The position numbers were made by a program, and so were the translations under genes. Under the pieces are notes generated by a model. That model saw only the letters and a program-made list of their open reading frames with translations, made no database searches and was not told the DNA's origin. A stretch of DNA of 26,898 nt from Candidatus Hermodarchaeota archaeon (GTDB taxonomy: Archaea > Asgardarchaeota > Hermodarchaeia > Hermodarchaeales > Hermodarchaeaceae), in NCBI GenBank assembly GCA_016839365.1, contig JAEOUH010000017.1, positions 1 to 26,898 on the forward strand, in the 5' to 3' direction. Shown here one piece after another: positions 1-8,644 of this stretch. How positions within the stretch are numbered: the first letter of the stretch is position 1; every line of letters starts with the position of its first letter.

Positions 1-1399
1 TAATGACCTTCTCGGCGTAAATCTTGGCGTTCTTGAAGATGATCTGAAAACCTGGTGCACCACCGGCTGCTGGTACCGTGGTCATCATCTGACCCGGCAT
101 CATGAAAGGTTGAGTCTGTTGAGCCATCGGGGCGGCTTCTTCTAGTCGCTCCTCCTCTTCCAACCTTGCTGCTGCACCTGTTTCGACCCAACGTTTAACA
201 ATGGGATGATTGTGATCCTTAAGGTAGGTCTTTAGTTCGTCGATGTTTCCGACGTCATTTTCTGTGGGGATAATGTCACGGATATTTTCTGGCATGAAAT
301 CATAGACACGGTCTTTGATAGCCTTGGGGAGCCAGACAATCCGATCCCAACTACCATCCACAATCAAGAACTTCGGAGATCGCAGATATTCGATAGAAAG
401 CCCATGAAAGCCAGGGATCTGACGGCCACCTGCGGTTGAATCCGCCATAGTGGAGAAAGGTAGGCCATTGACTGCAGCCCCCTTATAGTCTCGGTGTACG
501 ATTCCCAATCCATCCACTTCGGGGATGATGAAAGCAATCGCTTCAAAGCAACCACAGCTGGTATGCGGGTTCTCAAAGGCACTATAAAGAGCGACATCCG
601 TGACTGCGCCAAGGGTCTTTTCTTTGTAGGCTTGATTTACCCCTGCGTAGATACCCCTTTCTGTGTCGATGGTTTCACCTTTTTCAATAGCAAATAGAGG
701 ACCTTTCGGATCGACCCGCGCAGCAGCGCGTCCATCGAACCAACTGATAGCCCCACAATTCGCATATCGTTGGGCGGTGATCACACACATGTGTGTGGGG
801 GAGAAAGATTGGCACAGGGTACAACCGTAGAACACATCGACGTCGTCGTCTTTGAGGCCACGTGTCCGTTCATCTCGTGCATTGTAGGTTGTCATGGCAG
901 TATTATAGATCTCGTCCATCTTGCTAGTGTCTGTGTAAAAGGTGACCTGGATTTTCTCTATAATAGGCAACTCTGATTTGTATAAGCGTTGGTAGACTTG
1001 CCCTAGGATTTTGAAGCTGTTGAAACCCTTCTGGAAGGATTTCTTCCCAATGCGGATCCAGATGTCATAACGTTGGTTGAGGTGCATCGTGCCTTCCACG
1101 AAGTTTGTGTACTCGTGGATGTGGCGTTCAATGACTCCTTCCAAGTCTTGTTCAATCTCTTTACCAGCGACTTCAATTAAGATACCAAAGGGGTGGCTTT
1201 CACCTTCTTCGAGATCTTTGAGGTCTGGGCCAATGATTAGGATCTTCCCGTCTTCGACTTCGTTCGACTTTCTGGATAGCACAAGCTCGAACTTCTTGTC
1301 AACCTTTGGTCCACCAAGTTCAACTTGCATGTCAGCTTTTCGAATGCGTTCTCCTTCAAAGGTTACTCCTACTGAAACTGGTAGGTCTTCAAATGACAT
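1..1399 (-). CDS. cdhC: Acetyl-CoA decarbonylase/synthase (CODH/ACS) beta subunit, 3'-truncated by the window edge
   Basis: Not in the ORF track; translated by hand from ATG at 1399, which overlaps the cdhB stop (TAATG): MSFEDLPVSVGVTFEGERIRKADMQVELGGPK...FYGCTLCQSFSPTHVC...YANCGAISW...HTSCGCFEAI. The A-cluster cysteines are present and the frame stays open to the edge. Confidence 0.96.
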   Translation of the reverse strand, partial: MSFEDLPVSVGVTFEGERIRKADMQVELGGPKVDKKFELVLSRKSNEVEDGKILIIGPDLKDLEEGESHPFGILIEVAGKEIEQDLEGVIERHIHEYTNFVEGTMHLNQRYDIWIRIGKKSFQKGFNSFKILGQVYQRLYKSELPIIEKIQVTFYTDTSKMDEIYNTAMTTYNARDERTRGLKDDDVDVFYGCTLCQSFSPTHMCVITAQRYANCGAISWFDGRAAARVDPKGPLFAIEKGETIDTERGIYAGVNQAYKEKTLGAVTDVALYSAFENPHTSCGCFEAIAFIIPEVDGLGIVHRDYKGAAVNGLPFSTMADSTAGGRQIPGFHGLSIEYLRSPKFLIVDGSWDRIVWLPKAIKDRVYDFMPENIRDIIPTENDVGNIDELKTYLKDHNHPIVKRWVETGAAARLEEEERLEEAAPMAQQTQPFMMPGQMMTTVPAAGGAPGFQIIFKNAKIYAEKVI

Positions 1400-1968
1400 T
1401 ATTTGCTACCTCCTGAGAGAGTGAGAATTTCTTTGAGTGCGTCATTCCAATTCTGTTTCTTCAGGTTTGGAAAACTCCATGTTGCGTGAGGTTGATAGTA
1501 GCGACCGAGGGACACGGTCTTGATGTGGGGGGAGAAATTAATGAGCGCAGACAACATGAGCCATTCCATATAGTATGGGAAGCCATAGGTCATGACGAGG
1601 TCATGGGGTCCTTTCTTCGATGCGACCATCCAATCATGATCCTGGAGGCGTCCAGTGATTTCCATGGCACCATAGGAGTAGGCGTTATCAAAACCTTTCT
1701 CTTTGAAGGCTGTGATGGTATTTGCTGTAGCCACGATGGGGATTTTCGCTGCAGTGGAGAATTCGATGAAGTAGTCAATCATGGATTTCTTTCCTGTATT
1801 CTCTGTTAGGGCTTGAGAGCCAACCACAAGTAGGGGATGTTTTGCCTTCTTGAGGAGGGCACCCACTACAGCGGGTTTTTTAATGCCTTGGGCCTTAGTA
1901 GGTCCACAGACTTCAGCAGTTTGCCAGGGTTCTTCTCGCATCATGTCACTTACCACCTCCGTTACCAC
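1399..1968 (-). CDS. cdhB: CODH/ACS epsilon subunit
   Basis: EPWQTAEV.GP N-terminus, AKHPLLVVG, G.PYY and YQPHATWSFPN motifs; lies between cdhA and cdhC. The true start may be a few codons downstream. Confidence 0.93.
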   Translation of the reverse strand: MVTEVVSDMMREEPWQTAEVCGPTKAQGIKKPAVVGALLKKAKHPLLVVGSQALTENTGKKSMIDYFIEFSTAAKIPIVATANTITAFKEKGFDNAYSYGAMEITGRLQDHDWMVASKKGPHDLVMTYGFPYYMEWLMLSALINFSPHIKTVSLGRYYQPHATWSFPNLKKQNWNDALKEILTLSGGSK

Positions 1969-4303
1969 CGTAGACTAAACGTCTCACTAGTGTGGGGTCT
2001 GGAATTGGTTTTTCTTGCCACTTGTTCTCTTTCATCTGAGCCTTGATTTTGTCTTTAATGGTGATTGGGATGTCTGTCTCTCGACGAATGTACGTGTGGA
2101 CATCGTCGGGGAAGTACCCCTTGTAGGTTTCATGTAAGTCGATGTAGTGGCTTAGTTTAATGGCTCGGCCCTTCGCAGTATCGTTTGGACGAATTGCTAG
2201 CTTTGCAGTCATGACCATTAGTTCTTCTAAGTTCTCAACGGCGTAAAAAAGGTGTTCAGGACCCGCTGCAACTTGGACACGATCACCAGTTCGAGCATCC
2301 CATACCATCCAGTCTTCGGGCTTGTCAGCACGACCAAGGAGCATTCGACGGTACTTGGTACCGTGTGGACCAACAATGACCGGAACTCCAAGTCGCCAGA
2401 AACCTGCAGCAATGGAGGCGGCTTTCTGAGACATTGCACCCCACGAGATTCCAACTGCACCCACACGGTTGTGAATGTAATCAGCAATCTCTTCGTAGTT
2501 TCCTCGGAGGTTACGTTTGGCGAAGATGTTGGCAATTTTAATGGCTGCGCCTGCGATGTGTGAGTTTGCCACACAAGATCCGACATTGAGGACACTTCCT
2601 GCATCAAAAGTGCCAGGGCGTCGCTCATAAATCGACTTACCCTCTTCATCTTTGATGGCTCCCACAGTCATAGCTGCGCATCCAGAGAATACCACAATGA
2701 AACGTCGTTTGGCGAACTCTTCAGCATGATCGTGAATCGCGCGTCCACCATCGGGATAGTTTGCACACCCTACGTGGGCGATTACTCCAGGAATTTCTCC
2801 GAAAACGATTGGCTGGCCCACCGTTCGAATTTCTGTATCCTTGATGGCACCTCGGCCTGACCGGACCATGAAAGATTCTTGTTTCCATCGTCCTTCAGCG
2901 GCTTTCACCATCCAACTGTGTAAGTCGTATTCGTTGGGGCACGCGGACTCGCATCGAGCACAGCCAATGCATTCGTCATAGACATCAGCGAGTGGTTCGA
3001 AGTTACCTTCAGCAGCTGCCAACACCGCATCCATGACAGGTTGGTCATTGGGGCAAGATCGGACACATTCAGAGCATTGTCGGCAAGCCTGGGCTAATTC
3101 CTGCATCTTAGCTTTACTTGGAAGCGAACCTTTCTTCTTCCGCTTCGGATGCATCTTAATGGCTGTTTTAACAACAACCTCACCGATTTTCTCATGATCC
3201 CGAATGTAGACACCAGGTGTCTTACCTGACACTAGGTCCTTCACGATGTCATCGACATCATCATCAGTGCGGTCTGGCAAGCCCATGGTCGATTTATCAC
3301 AGGTGGCAATGACAGGTGAATTAACCTTCTTTGCGTGTTCAAGGATATCGGTTCGAATACACTGTTCGTCGACAACGACCACATCAGCAAACCCGGCACG
3401 AACAAAGCGTAGTTGCCAGGAAATGGGGCCAACGATCTTTGTCTTGGCGTCATAACGGGAAATATCCCAGGCTGTGCAACAAATACCGGCAATATCGATA
3501 TTGTCAGAGACTCCTGTTTCGGAAGCATAATCCATAATATAGGTTGCTGGCACCACGTTATGCCCAATGGCAAGAATCATGGCTTTCTTCGGGTCCATGC
3601 TTGAAATACCGGCTTCAATAAGCGGTGCGTCCGGATCCGACTGTGGGAACCCAAGCGTGGAGATCTGGGCTAGGTCTGCGATTTCCATGCCCACCTGGTC
3701 AATCATGCCCACGTGGAAGGCCTTCGATTCAAAATCAATCCAGCTGCCCTCCTGTCCGGTGGCTACGGCAGATAATGTGTGGGTTAGTTGGGTTTCACAA
3801 TAGTCTAGAATCGCTGAAGCGTCCTCAAGGGTACGGGGTCGAATCCCAGTGACCAGTCGGCTGACTGGCGCTTCGATTTCAACTCCATCTCCTTGGCTAA
3901 GTTCAAAGCGAGGGCCAAATTCATGAATCATATAGTCAACCATATGTCGGGAGTGTGCAAGGTGTGCGGCACACCCGATGTTCGCAGCAGCCAACACAAT
4001 CCGTGCTGACTGTCCTTCAATGTCGAGTCCACATGCACCCCGTTTGCCACTAGTTAAGTCACATTTCCCGAACGTACACAGACAGCAGAGTTGGCAGGCT
4101 GGCATGTACGCGGGCCGGTACCGGGTTAGGAGTTTGTGGTCCCAGCTGCGAAGAGTGGTGACATCAGGCATCGGAGTGGGTCCCATGGGCTCATCCCAAT
4201 CATCATCTATGACCTTGCCGATCGTGACTTCGATGTTCCGGAAGGACCCAAATCCAGTGTCAAGCTTATCGGCTTTCAGTCGTGCTCGTTTTTGTTCTGT
4301 CAA
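1946..4303 (-). CDS. cdhA: CODH/ACS alpha subunit (Ni-CO dehydrogenase)
   Basis: MGPTPMP; CQLCCLCTFGKC; HxxHxxH (AHLAHSRH); C-cluster ligand motifs GHN, GICCT, DEQC, VGC, SGC, GSC; SQKA; two extra ferredoxin motifs CRQCSECVRSCP and CIGCARCESACP. TTG start. Confidence 0.97.
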   Translation of the reverse strand: MTEQKRARLKADKLDTGFGSFRNIEVTIGKVIDDDWDEPMGPTPMPDVTTLRSWDHKLLTRYRPAYMPACQLCCLCTFGKCDLTSGKRGACGLDIEGQSARIVLAAANIGCAAHLAHSRHMVDYMIHEFGPRFELSQGDGVEIEAPVSRLVTGIRPRTLEDASAILDYCETQLTHTLSAVATGQEGSWIDFESKAFHVGMIDQVGMEIADLAQISTLGFPQSDPDAPLIEAGISSMDPKKAMILAIGHNVVPATYIMDYASETGVSDNIDIAGICCTAWDISRYDAKTKIVGPISWQLRFVRAGFADVVVVDEQCIRTDILEHAKKVNSPVIATCDKSTMGLPDRTDDDVDDIVKDLVSGKTPGVYIRDHEKIGEVVVKTAIKMHPKRKKKGSLPSKAKMQELAQACRQCSECVRSCPNDQPVMDAVLAAAEGNFEPLADVYDECIGCARCESACPNEYDLHSWMVKAAEGRWKQESFMVRSGRGAIKDTEIRTVGQPIVFGEIPGVIAHVGCANYPDGGRAIHDHAEEFAKRRFIVVFSGCAAMTVGAIKDEEGKSIYERRPGTFDAGSVLNVGSCVANSHIAGAAIKIANIFAKRNLRGNYEEIADYIHNRVGAVGISWGAMSQKAASIAAGFWRLGVPVIVGPHGTKYRRMLLGRADKPEDWMVWDARTGDRVQVAAGPEHLFYAVENLEELMVMTAKLAIRPNDTAKGRAIKLSHYIDLHETYKGYFPDDVHTYIRRETDIPITIKDKIKAQMKENKWQEKPIPDPTLVRRLVYGGNGGGK

Positions 4304-4372
4304 TGTAAAATCAACCTTCGTTCTGCGCGCATTTTGAAGGTGAAGTAATAGGCAAATAGTGACAGTATATCC

Positions 4373-4383
4373 TTTAAGTTTTG
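4373..4383 (-). promoter_or_regulatory. Putative BRE/TATA box of the cdhABC operon
   Basis: The minus strand reads CAAAA-CTTAAA about 70 nt upstream of the cdhA start. Confidence 0.3.
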
Positions 4384-4460
4384 ATGCATCTACAAGGTTT
4401 CAGATAACATTGTTAATCGCACTGTCAAACCTGACCTCTACTGGAATTTTTTAATTTAGG

Positions 4461-5651
4461 TTACTCTAATGGGACTTTTTTCCCGTTGATATAGGCTTCT
4501 GTCACTTCACTATAGAAATCGAAGGGATGTCCGGACCAAACAATGATATCTGCATCTTTACCAGGTTCAAAGGAGCCGATGCGGTCTTGCAGGTTAAGGA
4601 TTTCTGCTGGGTTGATGGTTACGCATTTGAGTGCATCATCGCGACTCATGCCTTCCTTAATTACGTACATGGGCAGTAAGGGAAAATAGAGCATGGGAGT
4701 CAACGAATCGGTTTGCAAAGCTACCTTCACACCAGTCTCATTCAAGACTACTGCGGTTTTGAAGCTTTTCTCCTTGACTTCGGGTTTCCCAGACCAGAGA
4801 ATTGTAGGGCCGATTACTGCGGGATATTGTTTCTTGGCTAGGAACTTCGCAATCTTGTGACCTTCCGTGCAATGAATGAGGACCAATCGGAGATTGAACT
4901 CCTCTGCAATACGAATGATAGTCGCAATATCGTCAGCTCGGTGACAATGGGCATGAAGGGGGATTTCACGTTTGAGAACCTTCGCAATGGTTTCGAAACC
5001 GATGTCACGTTTAGGCGCTTTTGGAATGATTTCGCCCTTATCCTTGGCATCCTTCGCTTTGACTCCGAACGCTTTCCATTCATCGAGATAGTTCTGACCA
5101 TCAGTGAAGGTTTTACGAAGAAGGGCAGCAACACCCATGCGAGTCATTGGCATCCGTTTGTTATCTTGCCCATGAATCCGTTTGGGATTCTCGCCTAGCG
5201 CTACTTTCAGTCCTGATGGGGATATGACAATCATTTTTTCAACAACAGTTTCAGGAACAGGCTTAAAGACAAAAGCTTCACCGGATACGACATTCCCGGA
5301 TCCTGGACCTGTGTTGACTGTAGTAACACCCCCTTTGAGAATTTCTTTGATTGAATATTCAAAGGGGTGGAACCCGTCCTTCCCCCGCATTTCGGGTGTG
5401 ACAGGGGTAGTCATTTCATTGCCATCTTGACCCATTGGACCAATGGTGCCATCGAAGAGCCCGTGGTGGGCATGAGCTTCAACAAATCCAGGGACTACGT
5501 ATTGACCCTCAACATCAATTGTTGTGGTTCTACTGGGAATCGCAATAGATTTTCCAACATCAACAATTTTACCCCGGTCAAAGAGAATTGAACCGTTCTC
5601 GATAAGCCCTTGAACCGGACACCAAATTGTTGCGTTCACAATGGCTTTCAA
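4461..5651 (-). CDS. Metal-dependent amidohydrolase (imidazolonepropionase-like superfamily)
   Basis: PGFVEAHAH (HxH), PGSGNVVSG, LKVALGENPK, HAHCHRADD, IHCTEG, TINPA and GKDADIIVW motifs; TTG start with GGTGA RBS. Not FwdA by length or motif. Confidence 0.9.
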   Translation of the reverse strand: MKAIVNATIWCPVQGLIENGSILFDRGKIVDVGKSIAIPSRTTTIDVEGQYVVPGFVEAHAHHGLFDGTIGPMGQDGNEMTTPVTPEMRGKDGFHPFEYSIKEILKGGVTTVNTGPGSGNVVSGEAFVFKPVPETVVEKMIVISPSGLKVALGENPKRIHGQDNKRMPMTRMGVAALLRKTFTDGQNYLDEWKAFGVKAKDAKDKGEIIPKAPKRDIGFETIAKVLKREIPLHAHCHRADDIATIIRIAEEFNLRLVLIHCTEGHKIAKFLAKKQYPAVIGPTILWSGKPEVKEKSFKTAVVLNETGVKVALQTDSLTPMLYFPLLPMYVIKEGMSRDDALKCVTINPAEILNLQDRIGSFEPGKDADIIVWSGHPFDFYSEVTEAYINGKKVPLE

Positions 5652-5787
5652 TAAGAGTCACCTTCCTATACCTTGCAATGATTAACCACGAAAAGCTTTG
5701 GGTGATGAGAAAATGTCCTAATTTTTTCGGTTTGCGAAGTTTTGGGAATACTACACCAGTTCGTTGTTAAATTACCACCTGTGGAAA

Positions 5788-5815
5788 GACCATCACCCTA
5801 CTGTTAGGATGGGTC
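5788..5815 (-). terminator. Imperfect hairpin immediately after the cooC stop
   Basis: GACCATCACCCTA-CTGT-TAGGATGGGTC; partial pairing only. Confidence 0.2.
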
Positions 5816-5817
5816 GC

Positions 5818-6612
5818 CTAAGTATTTAAGCGGCTTCGAAGTTCGGGAATCAAAGCTTTGATGGATTGAACTGCCGGTGAATCGGGGGCAAAATCAATTG
5901 GAGCTTGACCTTTTTGGTTGGCTTGGCGGATTGCATTATCGAACGGAATGATAGTTAATAAGGGGACGCCAATCGCTTTGAGGGTGCGTTCGATGACCTC
6001 CTGATCCGTTTCATCCATTACCTTGTTACCTACTGCAAACACCGTTTCTACGCCGATATCATTTGCAAGCTTCTTGATCCGTTCAACGGTGTTGATTGAA
6101 GTTTGACCTGGTTCAACGACAACGATCAGAGCATCCATACCTCGTGAGGTTCCACGACCAAGGTTTTCGATACCCGCTTCAAGGTCCATGATAAAAGCTT
6201 CATCGCTGCCTACGATCAGATGACGAATGAGTGCTTTAAGGAGCGCTCCGGCTGGACACATACATCCTGAACCCCCGATGGTTACTGTTCCAGCAATGAG
6301 TAGCGTGGTGTTGTCAGGTCCAGGAACCCCATATTTTTTGGCAAGATCTGAAACGTGCGGGTTGAGTTTGAACATGCCACCATAGGTTTTTTTGTCCATT
6401 CCAGTTCTCTCTTCTACGAGTTCATCGTTCTCAGTTAGTGGAACGATTTTTGCAGCGACTTCAGCGGGAATCCCAAGCGTTGATGCAAGGGTTGGAGTTG
6501 GATCTGCATCAACTGCGAGGACTTGGATGTTTTCACGACCTAGGAAACGGGCAAGAGTACCAGCAACGAGGGTTTTTCCAACTCCACCTTTTCCAGCAAC
6601 AGCGACTTTCAC
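5818..6612 (-). CDS. cooC: CODH/ACS nickel-insertion ATPase CooC/AcsF
   Basis: VKVAVAGKGGVGKT deviant Walker A, AVDADP, Ni-binding GCMCP, DLEAGIENLGRGT. GTG at 6612 with GGTGG upstream is preferred over the ORF start at 6684. Confidence 0.93.
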   Translation of the reverse strand: MKVAVAGKGGVGKTLVAGTLARFLGRENIQVLAVDADPTPTLASTLGIPAEVAAKIVPLTENDELVEERTGMDKKTYGGMFKLNPHVSDLAKKYGVPGPDNTTLLIAGTVTIGGSGCMCPAGALLKALIRHLIVGSDEAFIMDLEAGIENLGRGTSRGMDALIVVVEPGQTSINTVERIKKLANDIGVETVFAVGNKVMDETDQEVIERTLKAIGVPLLTIIPFDNAIRQANQKGQAPIDFAPDSPAVQSIKALIPELRSRLNT

Positions 6613-6683
6613 AGTGACCACCGTTGGTCGTAGTACCTGGGAAGAGTGTTTAAAAGATTCCCATCTAGCTATGACCCAAGTCA

Positions 6684-7964
6684 TCAGAGTGTCACGAGAA
6701 TTTGTTGGAGAACGTTTTCTTCAGTAAGAACTCCCTGTGGTGGTTCTTTGAAGGGCTTCAAGGGGATGGCTACTCCATCCATCCGATAAGCTGTTCCACT
6801 TGTCTCTGCCCCCATTAATGCTGTGGGAAAGACAATCGAGGCCTTTTTCGTCGTTAGGGTTGGGAGGGTGGAAAAAGTGATCAGTGGGAGTTTAGATAGT
6901 GCTTGAGCCATTGGTCCCGGAAGGAGGCTCAACGCATCCCAATTGGTAATTATAGCACAATCGAACTGCCCATCTGTTAAGCTCTTGAAGATTGACGTAA
7001 TGGGCTTTGGAGGATTTGAGCTAAAGTCAACGGAGAATGGTAGTTTAGAGCTTTTTAGGCTGGCTTTAACTGAACCAATAGTATTACAATAAGCGACCAT
7101 TGGGAAGGTCCAACAGCGGCGTTTGCCACGATTAAGGGTGCTTTTAAGTTGTTTGAGGAGGGGTAAGCTTTGAGCGGAGTGCGTGGTGTGTATCAACCCG
7201 TTTCCATAAAATAATGCGATGGTTTCTGCTTCGCGGAGCTGTTTTGCGAAGCTAAGGAACTCAATTGTGGGAACACCACCAACTTTCTCCGCTAATGGCT
7301 GCTGGGTTCCTTTGAGTTCACCAATCAGTGCTTGGAGGAATTCCACATCTCCAGTAGTTGGGGAAAGAATGAGCTGGTGGTTCGCTAGCCCCATTGATTC
7401 GGTTTTGCGAACATCGAGCACCGAAACCACGCGGCTTTCTCGTCCTTCAGGGATGTTTTTTCCTTTGGGAAAGATGGAGAAGCGGCTAGCATGACGATGG
7501 TGACTTTCTGCTGGATTGACGCCCCAATAGACGATGTGATCAGCATAATCACGGACATCATCCAGTCTGACCTGCTCTGATTCACTGTCCTGGAGCTTAG
7601 TTCGAAGTATTTGTCCATATTCAAAACTTGCAGTACTTTCGAAGACTCCCTTCTGGTTTTTAGATAGTTGTAACCCGATTTGGATTGCTTCCTGTGTGCT
7701 GTTGGACCAACCTATGAATAATGGTCTTGAATTATCTTTTAGGAGACTTTTGGCCTGTTGAATTGCATCTTTGGTTGGTATCGGTCCGAGCTTACCACTA
7801 CCATCTTTATACAATGCTGTCGTGAGTCGGTGTTTATTAAAAACAGAATTGCAGTATTCATGACCCAATCGGCATAATCCCAAAGACTGCAGGTTTGTTT
7901 TCTTCACCGCTACTGCAACGTCATCGCAGACCACAGAACAGCCACAACACACAGTATCCTGCAT
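6684..7964 (-). CDS. fwdB: Formylmethanofuran dehydrogenase subunit B homologue with degenerate active site
   Basis: VCCGCSVVCDD...CRLGH 4Fe-4S motif, RPLFIGWS, ADHIVYWGVNP..SH.RH, DVRKT, FYGNG, PFSVDFS, G.ETSGTAYRMDGV. Canonical TASVCHGP reads TASFEYGQ. ATG at 7964 is preferred because 8039 overlaps fwdG. Confidence 0.88.
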   Translation of the reverse strand: MQDTVCCGCSVVCDDVAVAVKKTNLQSLGLCRLGHEYCNSVFNKHRLTTALYKDGSGKLGPIPTKDAIQQAKSLLKDNSRPLFIGWSNSTQEAIQIGLQLSKNQKGVFESTASFEYGQILRTKLQDSESEQVRLDDVRDYADHIVYWGVNPAESHHRHASRFSIFPKGKNIPEGRESRVVSVLDVRKTESMGLANHQLILSPTTGDVEFLQALIGELKGTQQPLAEKVGGVPTIEFLSFAKQLREAETIALFYGNGLIHTTHSAQSLPLLKQLKSTLNRGKRRCWTFPMVAYCNTIGSVKASLKSSKLPFSVDFSSNPPKPITSIFKSLTDGQFDCAIITNWDALSLLPGPMAQALSKLPLITFSTLPTLTTKKASIVFPTALMGAETSGTAYRMDGVAIPLKPFKEPPQGVLTEENVLQQILVTL

Positions 7965-7998
7965 GGTTCTATTCTTCCTAACACAATAAAGAGTTGTA

Positions 7999-8466
7999 TC
8001 ACCATATCTCGATAGCCTTAACATAGCAGCCCTGTTCACATACTCGGCAGTTCATCCGATCAGGAGGAAATCGACGACATCTCTCTAGATTGATAATTTT
8101 AACGATCCCATCTTCAACCCGAAAGACAGTTTCTGTCGTTCGAGCTGCTTTCCCAGAAGCTGTGTCAGGCTCTACAGTTGCATCTACGGGACAAACGACA
8201 ACACAGTTCCCACACCCTGTGCATTTGGTTTCATCTAGTTTTAAACCTGTTTCTTCGGTATCGAGAAGGGGGGTGATGAGGTTTGAAAGTTCGGCGAGTT
8301 GGGCTTTGTACTGCTTTTCTTCAAAGAGGGGCGTACATTCTTTGAGTTCGACATCACGGAGCGCTAATCGGGTGGCAAACGCCATGCACGTCATCCCACA
8401 TTTTTTGCAATTGGTTTGAGGAAGCAGTTTGTATAATTGCATCGGGTTGATTTTCTTATCCGACAT
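7999..8466 (-). CDS. fwdG: FwdG/FmdG-like ferredoxin with an N-terminal FeS domain
   Basis: LYKLLPQTNCKKCGMTCMAFA domain, then CTGCGNCVVVCPV and C...CRVCEQGC; directly upstream of fwdB. Confidence 0.8.
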   Translation of the reverse strand: MSDKKINPMQLYKLLPQTNCKKCGMTCMAFATRLALRDVELKECTPLFEEKQYKAQLAELSNLITPLLDTEETGLKLDETKCTGCGNCVVVCPVDATVEPDTASGKAARTTETVFRVEDGIVKIINLERCRRFPPDRMNCRVCEQGCYVKAIEIW

Positions 8467-8644
8467 CTGGGTACGACACAGCCTACATCTATTGTGTTCC
8501 GACTTGACCCTTTATCTCTTCGGTACCAACCAGCCATTTTCATTTACCAATTTCCTTAATAGTTCAATCAAAGGATAGTAATGTAAAAACTGTTAAAACG
8601 TATATTGCCGCCAGAAGAGATTGAAACGACTAATGGTGACTGCG

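Noticed and set aside
50-180. Glu/Met/Pro/Ala-rich low-complexity stretch in CdhC
   Set aside because: A flexible linker before the C-terminal tail is normal for archaeal CdhC.
4461-5651. FwdA
   Set aside because: Too short (396 aa versus roughly 570) and the motifs match another amidohydrolase family.
5702-5708. C/D box sRNA (GTGATGA box C)
   Set aside because: No CTGA box D at a suitable distance.
7620-7622. Selenocysteine at the FwdB metal-ligand position
   Set aside because: The codon is GAA (Glu), not TGA; hdrA-mvhD also has no in-frame TGA.
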